DNA of 64,000 nucleotides from an uncultured virus (IMG/VR IMGVR_UViG_3300005526_000008) (Duplodnaviria > Heunggongvirae > Uroviricota > Caudoviricetes): positions 1 through 64,000 of the IMG/VR virus record IMGVR_UViG_3300005526_000008. One strand, written 5' to 3'. The notes under the pieces are model-generated. The model made no database searches, was not told where the DNA came from, and saw only the letters and a program-made list of their open reading frames with translations. Position numbers and translations under genes: made by a program. Each line of letters begins with the position of its first letter. Positions within the stretch are counted from its first letter, which is position 1. Below are positions 37,543-47,221 of the stretch, piece after piece.

Positions 37543-40500
37543 GCGGGGGCGCCCTTGTGGCGGAAATGCTTGATCGCGTGCTCCGGCACGTGTTCGCCGT
37601 AGCGACTCAGATGCCGGTAGAGAATTCCCACGCCTTCATCGGTGAGCGCCCCGACCAGCGCCGATCCCAGGATCGTCCCGGCGGGTCCCAGGAACGACCC
37701 GGCCGTCCCACCCAGCGCCCGCCCGGCTGCCCCGGCGATCACCCGTCCGACCGCAGGCCCGGCATATTCGTTGAAGGCGATCTGCGCTCCGCCGCCGGCG
37801 AGGTTGCGCACGATGCCCTCGGCTGCCGGCGCCTCGTGGTGCGGGCTGCGGTCGCCCATCGCGTGGCCCAGCGCCTGGCCGCCCTTCAGGCCACCGATCG
37901 AGCCGGCGAAGCCGCCCATCGTCTGCAGCCCGAACTTGGTGGCGTTCGAAACCATGCCGCCCGCCGGCATCATGTGCGAAGCGAGGTTGCCGACCACGTC
38001 CCACCCCGCCTGGCTCAGCCCGTAGGTGCCGACCTGCCCGAGCATGTGCGATGCGCCGAAATCGGCGCCGCCAAACCTCCCGCCATGGCCGGCAGGCGCC
38101 TGGGTTGGCGCCATCCCGGGGCTTTCCGGCGGCCGCCGCATGGCGAAGTCACCAACCGATTGCGGCCCGGGCGAGTCCGGGGTGGGCATGTGCTGCCGCG
38201 CCCCGCTGATCGCGCCCACCTGTGGCGGGGCGTTGTGGCCCGCAGCACGGAACTGACCGATATGGCCGCGCGGATGGCGCTGCTCGTCGAACCGGTCGGC
38301 CATGCCGAAGAGCTTGTAGAGATCGCCCAGCGGCGCCGCCTTGCCGAGCGTGTTGAGCCGGAAGAACACCTGCTCACGCACATGCTGCATGCCGGCGACG
38401 TGCTGCTCGTTGTCGTCGGCGCTGTTGTTCCGGGCGACGGCGCCCTCGCGGCCCTTCTGGTAGAGGGTATCGAGCAAATCGGTGAACGCACCCTGATCGT
38501 CGAGGCCCTTGCGCTGGCGCGCCTCGGTGATCTTGTCGTTGTTCAGCATCTCGGTCTTGAAGCTCTCGATCGACTTCTGGTTCTCCAATCCGCTCGCGCT
38601 CACCGTGGGCACCGAGGTTCGCTTGGTGATGTTCAGATAGCCGTCCTGCAACGCCTTGTTCAGGCTGCTCTTCTGGTTCTGGTCGAGGCCAGCGAGGTTG
38701 GCGACGAACGACAGCGCCCGATGCATCTGGGTGTATTCTTCGGGGTTCAACGGCATGGCGCCGGCCATCTTGAGCTGCCGCAGCAGGGCTCCGCCGACCG
38801 CCGCGGGATCGTGCGGGATATCGTGCCAGACCTTCTGATTGCCGAAGATGCCGCGGTTTCTCTTGTCGAAATCGCTGCCCAGCAGCAGTTGCTTGCGGGT
38901 GTCCCGGTCGAAGAGTTCGGTCCGGCCGCCCTCGAACAGATCACGCAGCGAGGCGTAGAACCGGTCGTGCTTGTCGCTTGAGAAGTGCTGGTTGCCGATA
39001 TGCTGCAATCCGTTGATGTGCTTCTCGACGAACCACTTGCGGACCGACTCCTCTTCCTTCTTGCCCTGCGGCTCGCCCATCTTGCGTTGGGCATAGGTGA
39101 AGCTGGTCGGGCCAACTTCGTTGATGTGACCCGCCGCAATCCCGTCCGCGATCGCCTTGTCGACCTCCGCGCCGTTGTTCACCTGAGCCTTGTTCGGCCG
39201 GTTGCCGCCATGGCCCCCACCACCCTGCTGGTCCCCGCCACGCAAGAAGTTACTGACGCTGTTGACCTCGGAGCCGTATCCGATGTTCTGGTACTCGCCT
39301 TCCTTGTTCTTGACGTGGATGGCATGCAGGAACTTTTCCTTGCCATCCTTGTCCTTGAACTTGACGCCGAAGACCGCCTCGTCCGGCCGTTTCAGGCCGC
39401 CCGGCAGCTCGAAATGCGCCTGGACATTACGCCACCGCCACTTCTTCGGGTTGAGCTCGACCTTCTTCTTGCCCGGCCCGGCCTGCAAATCGATGATGCC
39501 TATCGCGGCCATCGGCCCGACCACGCCGACCACGTATTTCCAGTTCTGCCGCAGCCACTTGCCGGCATCGCTGTTCCAGAAATCGGCCGCCCCCTTGGCC
39601 ATCTTCTTAATCGTATCGAAAGCCTTCTTCGGGTCGCGGTGGGCGTGGACGCCGTCGTATAACTGCTTCATCTGGCCTTTGAGTTGACCCCGATAGGCCG
39701 CGGTGAGTTCGTTGTAGTCGGCCCAGCCCTGCGCCATCTTGTCGGAGAATTCCGGCGTTTTGCGCTTGATCCACTCCGCGAAGACGTTGTTCGCCGGGAT
39801 CCGCGCCTGGATCGCGGCCTCCTCGGCCAGGGCCAGTTCCTCGAGATGCTGCTTGGCCGCGATGACGTGCCGTTCCAACCCCTGGTTGAAAGCCTTGTTC
39901 GCTTCGTCGGCGATCCCCGCCTTGATCTCGTCGTAGCCCGCGGCCGTGCCGACCCCAGGCAGACGCGGCTCAAAGAAGCCCGTTATCGCCGGCTTGCCCT
40001 TTCTTGCCTTGCGCGTCTTGATAAACGGGTTGCGGATGAGCCGCTGTTCTTCCTGGGTCAGGTCCTCCTTCTCGGACGCCCGCGCCACCTCGGCGGCATC
40101 CTCGAGTTGCGGAATTTCGTCCTTGATCTGGGTGATGCGGGAGTCGACCTCATGCTCCCATCGCGGGATCCGCTCCTGCAGTTCCGCGACGATGCCTTCC
40201 TTGGTCTTGGCTTCCAGCTTGTGGCCGATGCTGGTTGCGACCGCCCGCAACTGCTCGACCGACGGTGACGGCTTGGTCAGCAGGACGTGGTTCCAATCCG
40301 CCCGCACCGAACCGAGTTTGGCGATAAGCTGGCCTTGCTCGTGCTTGAGGCCGATGGCGGCGGTCCCATGCTCTTTGACCTGCGCTCTGCGGCCGGCATA
40401 GACCGCCTCGATCTCGTCGCGCGCCCGCTGGCGCATTTCTAAAGCGCCGTTCCAGATCCTGCGTTGGTCGACGGTGAGCGGGTCGTGATGTATGGCCTCG

Positions 40501-42488
40501 CCCAGTTCGTTATGCGTCGTCACGATCTGATCGTCGACGCTGTCGATCAGGCGATCGGCATCGTTCCGGCGCGGCAGGTTGCGCTGTCTCTTGCTTTTCA
40601 GCGCGAGCAACTGGCGATCGACGAACGCTTCGAAGTGGTCCTCGACCTGTTTCTGATACCAGGTCACCGGGCCGGCATGCATCGCGGCGCCCTCGCGCGC
40701 AACCCAATCCTCGACAGCGATGTCGCCTTGATGCTTCCTGATCTGCGACGGCTTCACCCTGGAGCCGTCCGGCACCTCGATCTTCAGGTGCGGATTGTCG
40801 GCCATATAGGTCGCGGAGAAGGTGTCGGTGGCGCTCTTCTCGGCGCGGTCATGCATCGCGGCGCGCGCCATCGCGCCTTCCTTGGTCGCCACCTGGTCAC
40901 GCAATCGGCCAAGCGCCGCGCGCAGCAATTCCTTCTGCCCACCGCGAGCCGCGACAATGCCAAGCGCCAAACCCAGGCCACTGCCGAGCACGGCGCCGTG
41001 GAGCGCGCCCGTCCGCGCCGCCTGCCCCTTCGAGCGGAACTTGCCGGTGTGCGGATCGCGCGGATGCTGGATCGCGAACGCCGCCAACCCAGCGCCCGTC
41101 AATGCCCCGGCCCCGGCGCCGAGAAGGCCAAGTCCGGCGACATGCCCGGCGATCACGCCGGCACGCACGCCGACATTGCGCGGCACCCGGAAATGCCCCG
41201 CCTGCTCGCCGAACGCGGTCTCGGCCGCGTGCTGGATCGCGCTGGGCGGCCCCTGCATCGGCGGCGGGGGTGGCGGCGGCTTGGTGAACATCCGGGTGGC
41301 GCGCGCGACCGGGCCGCGCAGGAAGCGCAGCGAGCGCATCGCGGCGGCGCCCCCGGCGCTCACAGCCGGGCCGAACGATACTTTGGTGAGAAACTCCGAC
41401 AGATCCTGCTTGGCGAGGTCCGGCAACGTCAGCAGTTCGGCCTGCTTGGCCAGCACCGCCGGATCGTCCCAGATCGGCCCGACCATGTCCCTGACCTGCT
41501 CGTCGATCTTCTTCACCCGTCGCGGAAAGAGCGTGTCCTGGTAGGGCCCGATCGTGCCCTGCACGTGATGCAGCGTCCTGGCATAGGCGATGCCGGGAAG
41601 CGCCGCCCCGACCATGGCAGCGGCCGCACGGCCAGCGATCGGGCCCTTGGTGCGCGCGACCATCTGTCCGACCCGCGCCGCCGGGTAGTTCGCCAGCGAA
41701 AAAGCGTGGCTGATGCCGCGGCCGACCGCGCGCCCGCCCCGCCCCGCCGCGTTCACGAGCCGATCGCCCGCCGCCACCCCGGCGGTCGGTCCCGGCATTG
41801 GAAACGCGCCGCCATGACGATTGAGGATGGGAACCACCCGGCGCGCCACGCCGATCGGCGCGTCGATCCCGGCGGCACGGCCCATGATCCCGACGAGTTT
41901 GCCGCCCTGACGGCCGAGCGCTCCGGCAATGCTGGTGACGCCGCGATCGATCACCGACCCTCCGCCCTGCCAGGGCAGGCCGGGACGGGCCGTCGCCCCG
42001 GCAATGGCGCCGAGGCCGATGCCCGCCGCGGCCGCGACCTTGGGGCCGAACACCGTGTAGCGGGTTTCCGGGATGACCTGGGTTTGCGCCGCCTGCAGCA
42101 GGGCGTTGTCGCCATCGCCGGGACCGCCGCCGGCTGGACGCGGCGCCACGGTGCCGCCGCCGCCACCTCCACCAGTTCCACCGCCGCCCCGGCCGCTCGA
42201 GCGGAACTGGCCGCCGCGACCGCGGGGATGACGGGCGCCCTCGAAGGGCTGGCGCGCTTTCTCCAGTTCGCCCAGCGCCATGGTCTGCTGCGTCAGCAAC
42301 CGGGCATCGAGCATGGCCAGCGCGTGGGCATGCGGGTCGGGGCCCGAGTACCAGCGCTTGTAGAGCTTCTTCACCCCGCCGAGCTTGACCACCATGTCGG
42401 GATGCGTCGCCTTGACGATCTCGTTATGCGCGGCGACACGCTTTCTTAACTCGCCGATGATGTCCGGATTGAACATCGGCTTGCTCAT
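37539..42488 (-). CDS. large modular head-associated protein
   Basis: 1649 aa, ATGA-coupled; three HPRxxxGxF motifs; glycine zippers; coiled coil. Confidence 0.8.
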   Translation of the reverse strand: MSKPMFNPDIIGELRKRVAAHNEIVKATHPDMVVKLGGVKKLYKRWYSGPDPHAHALAMLDARLLTQQTMALGELEKARQPFEGARHPRGRGGQFRSSGRGGGGTGGGGGGGTVAPRPAGGGPGDGDNALLQAAQTQVIPETRYTVFGPKVAAAAGIGLGAIAGATARPGLPWQGGGSVIDRGVTSIAGALGRQGGKLVGIMGRAAGIDAPIGVARRVVPILNRHGGAFPMPGPTAGVAAGDRLVNAAGRGGRAVGRGISHAFSLANYPAARVGQMVARTKGPIAGRAAAAMVGAALPGIAYARTLHHVQGTIGPYQDTLFPRRVKKIDEQVRDMVGPIWDDPAVLAKQAELLTLPDLAKQDLSEFLTKVSFGPAVSAGGAAAMRSLRFLRGPVARATRMFTKPPPPPPPMQGPPSAIQHAAETAFGEQAGHFRVPRNVGVRAGVIAGHVAGLGLLGAGAGALTGAGLAAFAIQHPRDPHTGKFRSKGQAARTGALHGAVLGSGLGLALGIVAARGGQKELLRAALGRLRDQVATKEGAMARAAMHDRAEKSATDTFSATYMADNPHLKIEVPDGSRVKPSQIRKHQGDIAVEDWVAREGAAMHAGPVTWYQKQVEDHFEAFVDRQLLALKSKRQRNLPRRNDADRLIDSVDDQIVTTHNELGEAIHHDPLTVDQRRIWNGALEMRQRARDEIEAVYAGRRAQVKEHGTAAIGLKHEQGQLIAKLGSVRADWNHVLLTKPSPSVEQLRAVATSIGHKLEAKTKEGIVAELQERIPRWEHEVDSRITQIKDEIPQLEDAAEVARASEKEDLTQEEQRLIRNPFIKTRKARKGKPAITGFFEPRLPGVGTAAGYDEIKAGIADEANKAFNQGLERHVIAAKQHLEELALAEEAAIQARIPANNVFAEWIKRKTPEFSDKMAQGWADYNELTAAYRGQLKGQMKQLYDGVHAHRDPKKAFDTIKKMAKGAADFWNSDAGKWLRQNWKYVVGVVGPMAAIGIIDLQAGPGKKKVELNPKKWRWRNVQAHFELPGGLKRPDEAVFGVKFKDKDGKEKFLHAIHVKNKEGEYQNIGYGSEVNSVSNFLRGGDQQGGGGHGGNRPNKAQVNNGAEVDKAIADGIAAGHINEVGPTSFTYAQRKMGEPQGKKEEESVRKWFVEKHINGLQHIGNQHFSSDKHDRFYASLRDLFEGGRTELFDRDTRKQLLLGSDFDKRNRGIFGNQKVWHDIPHDPAAVGGALLRQLKMAGAMPLNPEEYTQMHRALSFVANLAGLDQNQKSSLNKALQDGYLNITKRTSVPTVSASGLENQKSIESFKTEMLNNDKITEARQRKGLDDQGAFTDLLDTLYQKGREGAVARNNSADDNEQHVAGMQHVREQVFFRLNTLGKAAPLGDLYKLFGMADRFDEQRHPRGHIGQFRAAGHNAPPQVGAISGARQHMPTPDSPGPQSVGDFAMRRPPESPGMAPTQAPAGHGGRFGGADFGASHMLGQVGTYGLSQAGWDVVGNLASHMMPAGGMVSNATKFGLQTMGGFAGSIGGLKGGQALGHAMGDRSPHHEAPAAEGIVRNLAGGGAQIAFNEYAGPAVGRVIAGAAGRALGGTAGSFLGPAGTILGSALVGALTDEGVGILYRHLSRYGEHVPEHAIKHFRHKGAPA

Positions 42489-45400
42489 GTCGCCCGTATC
42501 GCTTTGCGCTTACGGGCGCGCGTCTCGGCGGCGAGCTCTTCGTTCGAGGAGCCGATCGTGCCCCCGGAAACCGTGTGGGCCAGGGCGTTGGTGTAGCCGC
42601 GCCACTTCTGCAAATCGGACAATAAATCGAGCGCTTCATATAGCTCGTCAAAATGTACGATTTCTCCGGACGGGGCGCTCTTGCCCATAGCGGCGCGCTC
42701 ATGCGCGTCGAGTTCGGCAAGCTTTGCTCCCATGGTCGGATGGCGCCGGGCTTCCGACAACGGCATGTTCAGACTGGTGTCCTTCTTGCCGTGCAGCCGG
42801 ACCCAGTCGTCCACCTCGTCGGGGTGCATCAGGTAGATCTTCTTGGTCGGCTTGCCGAACCGGGTGAAATGATCGGTGCCGATGCCATCCGGGTTGTGCA
42901 CCAGGTGACCGGAGTGCTCGGTCGAGGTGCCCGGGATCTTCATGACGATCGCCGCGTCCTTGTCGACGTGCGGCCGCATCTTGTCGTGCGCGGCATGAGC
43001 GTCCGCGACGTTGTGCCAGAAATGCTCGGCATGCTCCCGCGCCCGAGCGACCTTGGCATCGCGGCCGAGGATCGCCTTGCCGGCCCAGTCCTCGACCGCC
43101 TTGTGATGGCCCTCCATGTCGACGTGGCCCATTTCCTTCTTCCATCGCGCCTTGGCCGCGGCGACCCGCTGGGCGTGCTCGGCTGACGAGAGTTGGCCGA
43201 TGGCCTTGCGGGTCGTGCGCGAGGCGTAAGCGCTCTGGGCGGAATGCATCAGCGATTTCGCGCCGGCCCCCGCCACGCCAACGACGTCCTTGCCAACCAT
43301 ACCGCCAAGCTTGCTACCGACCCGGCTTGCCGCCTGCGTGGCGGTCATGCCGACATACGGCACGCGTCCTCTGGGCCAGAGGCGTTCGGCCATCCGCACG
43401 GCCGCGCCCGTGCCAAGATGGGAGCCGACCATGCTGGCCCCCCCGACCAGCGGTCCCTTGAACTGCGCTTCGGCGAGCTGCCCGGCGATGCCGGTGCCGC
43501 CCCGCTCCGCCCGGATGTAGCTCTTGCTCTTCTGCCGATCCTGGAATTTGGCCCGATCGCCACGACCAAGGGTCTTGTCGTTGAAGATGGTGACGTCGTT
43601 CTTGACCAGCCGGTCAGCCAGCATCGCCACCAACAGGCCGTCATCGCTCTTGCCCATGCGTCGCGCCTGATTGAGCGCGATAGCGATAGCCTGCTTGCGA
43701 TCGGTGACCTTGGGCATCTTCCGCTTGGGCAGGTTGGAGCGGAACGACTTCAGTTTGCCATGCTTGAACTCGTGCATGGTCTCGTGGATTTTCTCCTGCT
43801 CCGCCGCGCTGGCCTTCTTGGCCAGTTCGCCATACGGGTTCTCGCCCTTGAAGATGTTGCTGAGCAGGCCGCCCGAGGGGCCGTATTGCTGCTCGGGCAT
43901 GCCCGGCATCGTCACCTGCTTGGGATCGTTGTTGTCTTTGGGCATCGACCAGAACGGCTTCGGCCCCCACTGGTCGGCGCGCGCCTGCTTCCATTGGCTG
44001 ACCGTGTTGTCGTCCTGCAGCAGGATGTTCTTGCGCAGCCGGCCGATCAGTTCAGCCTTCATGGCTTCGGGGTCGGCGTAGGACGGACGTTTCGGCTTGC
44101 CCAGCATGTAGCCGCCAACGAGAGCGGCCCCGACGGATGTCTTGGGGAGCTTGCGGATGGTTCCGACCACCGCCTTGCCGGGTAGGCTGCCGACAGCTTT
44201 CGCGCCGGCTTTGATGCCTTGGCCGATCGCTCCGATCATGCCTTTCTCGAGATTGCCACGACGTTCCTGCTTGTCCGACATTTCTGACCGGCCGCGGCGC
44301 TGCCCTAGGGCATATCCTGCCGCCCCGGTCGCCAGGACAGCCGTGGCGGCGCGAGGATGCGCGGCAATCGTTTGCCCAAATTTGCCTGCGGTTTTAATGG
44401 TCTGCGCGCCTATCGGGCTGTTGATCGCTTTCATCGCCCCGCGCCGCGCCATGCCGCTCGCCTTGTTGCCGGCCGCCGCGACCGACTGTCCGGCCGGGCT
44501 CGCCATGGCGGAACTGGCCATGCCGGTGGCCTTCTGCCTGAACGACGTCGCGGCCCCGCTGGCTTTCTGCCCCAACGACGTCGCGGCTCCTTTAACCGAA
44601 CGTCCGGCCTGGCCCAGGCTACCGATGACTTTGCGCCCGGTCGGGCTTTCGATGGCGTTGAGCGCGCCGCGCATGATCGACCCGCCGATCCCCTTGTCGA
44701 GATCACCGCGACGCTCCTGCTTCTCGGCATTGCGGCGCCGCGACATGGCGGCGATGCCCAGGCCGGTCGCGGCCGCGCCGCCGGCTGCGAGACCATGGCC
44801 GACGTTACGACCAACGGTTCGTCCGGTGCCCATCGCGCGCCACATGCGTTGGGCTGCTTCGTGGTCGCTTGCTCCGCGGGCCTTGGCGGCAGTGAACATT
44901 CTGCTGCCAACACGCTGTCCTACTTTCGCGCCAATGCTTTCGCCCACGCGTCCTGGCTTGCGCAACGCCGCCATCGCGCCCTGCGCAAGCTTCGCTCCGA
45001 ACGCCTTGTCGAGATCGCCGCGCCGTTCCTGCTTTTTGGCCTTGCCGTCGCGGTTTTCGATCTTGCGGCCGATATGGATGCCAAGTCCGCCGCCACTGAT
45101 CATGCCGCCAACGCCGCCAGTCCCCGCGCCGGTAAAGATCGGCGCGCCGGTAAGGTCATAATGACTGGCAGTACCGCTAAGCATGCGCCGATGGAGGCCG
45201 TGAGCCGCCAACCGCGCTCCGCCCTTTGCGCCGAGGTGGCCTCCCAGCATTGCGCCGCCGACGCCCAACGCAAGCGGCACGATGAACTTGTTCATCTTGC
45301 CGGTCGGGGCCGACTTCTTGGCGTCGAACTGCATCCGCTCGCCCGGCGCGCGTGGCCGGCCGAAACGCTGGGTCAGCTTCTTGTCGATATGCTTGACGGT

Positions 45401-47197
45401 GTGGTGGGACGCCTGATGGGCGGCAACCCCGCCGGCAAGGCCGCCGGCAACTGCGGTGCCCGCCACCGTGCCCAGCAGGATCTTCTTCTGCCGCGATGTC
45501 AGTTGCTCGCCAACCCCGCGCACGATCTTCTCGCCGTGCCGGATCAGGCCGGGCTTGCCGGCGCCGGCCGTCGCCGTGATCGGCCCGATCCCCTTGGCCT
45601 GGTTGCGCGCGATCATCTTGTCCGCGATCTTCGCCCCGAGCCGGCGACCGCCCTGGAAACCCGCCTTCACGCCGGCCGCGGCGCCGGCCATGCCGATATA
45701 GTGCGGAAGAACCTTGATCCCGGCATGGCGTCCCATCGCCAACCCGGCCGCGCCCAACGCCCGCCCGGCGCCGAGCGCCGCACCGCCAAGGCCTTTCTCG
45801 ACCGGCTTATCCATGGCGTGGCCCTTTCCCATGACCGCGTCGGCAATGCCGCGCACGCGTTTGCCCGCGCTCACCGCGCGCATCGTGGACGCCTTCACCT
45901 GCTTGAAGCTGTTCGGCCGCGCCGACGTCTTGGCGTTCAACCGGTGGTAGATTTCGAGCCGCCCTGCCTTCTTCGCCCGCCGCCGCCGCATGGCGGTATC
46001 GAGCAGCGCTCCGCCTGCACCGCCCACCAGGGCGCCGCCGAGGCCGAGGGCGCCGGCGCCGATCAACCCCCCATAGCGACGGCCCGCCCAGCCGCCGATA
46101 TCCCCGGCCTTCACGCCGGCGGCGAACCCGGGACTGCCCTTCATGCGGTGGTAGAGCGATGACGCATGGAGGCCAGCTTGCGTGCCCAACTTCTCGCCGT
46201 GCTTCAGCCCAAGCAGCGTGCCGCCGACCGCGCCGGCGCCACCGAGCGTGAACCGTCCGACCTTCTCGCCGGTCTTGCTGGCGAACGCGCCGGTATGCTC
46301 GCGCGGATGCTTGGAGACATCCCAACGCTTGACCATGCCGCCATCCGGCGCACCCTTGAAGGTGCTCGACATGCGAAACCCCTGCTTGGGTTTCGGCGCC
46401 TTGGGGATCCTCAGGTTGCTGGAGGGGGCCTTTCCTCCCGCCACCTGCGCCGCCTCCGCCATCGATGGCGCCTTAGCGCCGGCGAGCGCGCTGCCCGCCA
46501 TGCTGCCGATTTCACCACCAACGACATGGCCGACCGCCGTTCCGGCCGGGCCCAGCGCCGATCCCGCCACCGCGCCGATCTTGCTGCCGATAAAGTTGCC
46601 GGCAACGCTGCCGGCCAGTTCCCCGGCGATGCCCTTGCGCAACTGCGCGAAGCTTGGCGGCGGCAGCAGTTCGGCGAAACTGCGCGGGACACCTTTCAGC
46701 AGGACCTCCTCGAGGCTGCCGTCCTGCTTCTGCATCTCCATGATTCGCGCGCCGGGGATGCACGGACTGTCGACGAACGAAATCTCCTGGATGCGCGGGG
46801 TGTAGCGTGTGCACCCCGAGGCCTGGTCCGCCCATTTCTTGACGTAGCCGCCGCCGATCGAGAAGCCGGTGTAGCCGCCCTCCTCGACCTTCGCCCAGTC
46901 GACCGGATCCAACACTTTGACGCAGATATCCACCGCCTTGGCGTCGTCGTTGTAGACGATCTCGGCCACCTTGCCGGCGAGGTGCTTCGGGTTGTGCATC
47001 GCGCGGATGTTCCCGAAGCTCTTGCCCATTGTGGCCTTGGAGTAGCCGTCGCTCCATTTCTGGAACTCGGGCTTGGCCGAGAGATAATCCATTATCTCCT
47101 TGGACTTATCCGGCTCCTCGACCGCCGCCCGTCCCCACACCAGACGCTTTTCCTCGTCCGCCTTGGTCAGCGGCAGGAAGAAGGTGAACTCCGTCAT
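42485..47197 (-). CDS. prohead protease (XkdF/HK97-type) fused to a polyprotein of cationic modules
   Basis: Residues 1-170: KADEEKRLVWG, IRAMH, GYTGFSIGG, EISFVDSPC; then about 1380 aa of linker-separated modules. Confidence 0.85.
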   Translation of the reverse strand: MTEFTFFLPLTKADEEKRLVWGRAAVEEPDKSKEIMDYLSAKPEFQKWSDGYSKATMGKSFGNIRAMHNPKHLAGKVAEIVYNDDAKAVDICVKVLDPVDWAKVEEGGYTGFSIGGGYVKKWADQASGCTRYTPRIQEISFVDSPCIPGARIMEMQKQDGSLEEVLLKGVPRSFAELLPPPSFAQLRKGIAGELAGSVAGNFIGSKIGAVAGSALGPAGTAVGHVVGGEIGSMAGSALAGAKAPSMAEAAQVAGGKAPSSNLRIPKAPKPKQGFRMSSTFKGAPDGGMVKRWDVSKHPREHTGAFASKTGEKVGRFTLGGAGAVGGTLLGLKHGEKLGTQAGLHASSLYHRMKGSPGFAAGVKAGDIGGWAGRRYGGLIGAGALGLGGALVGGAGGALLDTAMRRRRAKKAGRLEIYHRLNAKTSARPNSFKQVKASTMRAVSAGKRVRGIADAVMGKGHAMDKPVEKGLGGAALGAGRALGAAGLAMGRHAGIKVLPHYIGMAGAAAGVKAGFQGGRRLGAKIADKMIARNQAKGIGPITATAGAGKPGLIRHGEKIVRGVGEQLTSRQKKILLGTVAGTAVAGGLAGGVAAHQASHHTVKHIDKKLTQRFGRPRAPGERMQFDAKKSAPTGKMNKFIVPLALGVGGAMLGGHLGAKGGARLAAHGLHRRMLSGTASHYDLTGAPIFTGAGTGGVGGMISGGGLGIHIGRKIENRDGKAKKQERRGDLDKAFGAKLAQGAMAALRKPGRVGESIGAKVGQRVGSRMFTAAKARGASDHEAAQRMWRAMGTGRTVGRNVGHGLAAGGAAATGLGIAAMSRRRNAEKQERRGDLDKGIGGSIMRGALNAIESPTGRKVIGSLGQAGRSVKGAATSLGQKASGAATSFRQKATGMASSAMASPAGQSVAAAGNKASGMARRGAMKAINSPIGAQTIKTAGKFGQTIAAHPRAATAVLATGAAGYALGQRRGRSEMSDKQERRGNLEKGMIGAIGQGIKAGAKAVGSLPGKAVVGTIRKLPKTSVGAALVGGYMLGKPKRPSYADPEAMKAELIGRLRKNILLQDDNTVSQWKQARADQWGPKPFWSMPKDNNDPKQVTMPGMPEQQYGPSGGLLSNIFKGENPYGELAKKASAAEQEKIHETMHEFKHGKLKSFRSNLPKRKMPKVTDRKQAIAIALNQARRMGKSDDGLLVAMLADRLVKNDVTIFNDKTLGRGDRAKFQDRQKSKSYIRAERGGTGIAGQLAEAQFKGPLVGGASMVGSHLGTGAAVRMAERLWPRGRVPYVGMTATQAASRVGSKLGGMVGKDVVGVAGAGAKSLMHSAQSAYASRTTRKAIGQLSSAEHAQRVAAAKARWKKEMGHVDMEGHHKAVEDWAGKAILGRDAKVARAREHAEHFWHNVADAHAAHDKMRPHVDKDAAIVMKIPGTSTEHSGHLVHNPDGIGTDHFTRFGKPTKKIYLMHPDEVDDWVRLHGKKDTSLNMPLSEARRHPTMGAKLAELDAHERAAMGKSAPSGEIVHFDELYEALDLLSDLQKWRGYTNALAHTVSGGTIGSSNEELAAETRARKRKAIRAT

Positions 47198-47221
47198 CGA
47201 TGGACCTCCATCACTGACGGA

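Noticed and set aside
44243..45034. 30-nt repeats as a CRISPR array
   Set aside because: Spacing of 312 and 450 nt, in frame, and varying mainly at synonymous sites; they are protein linkers.
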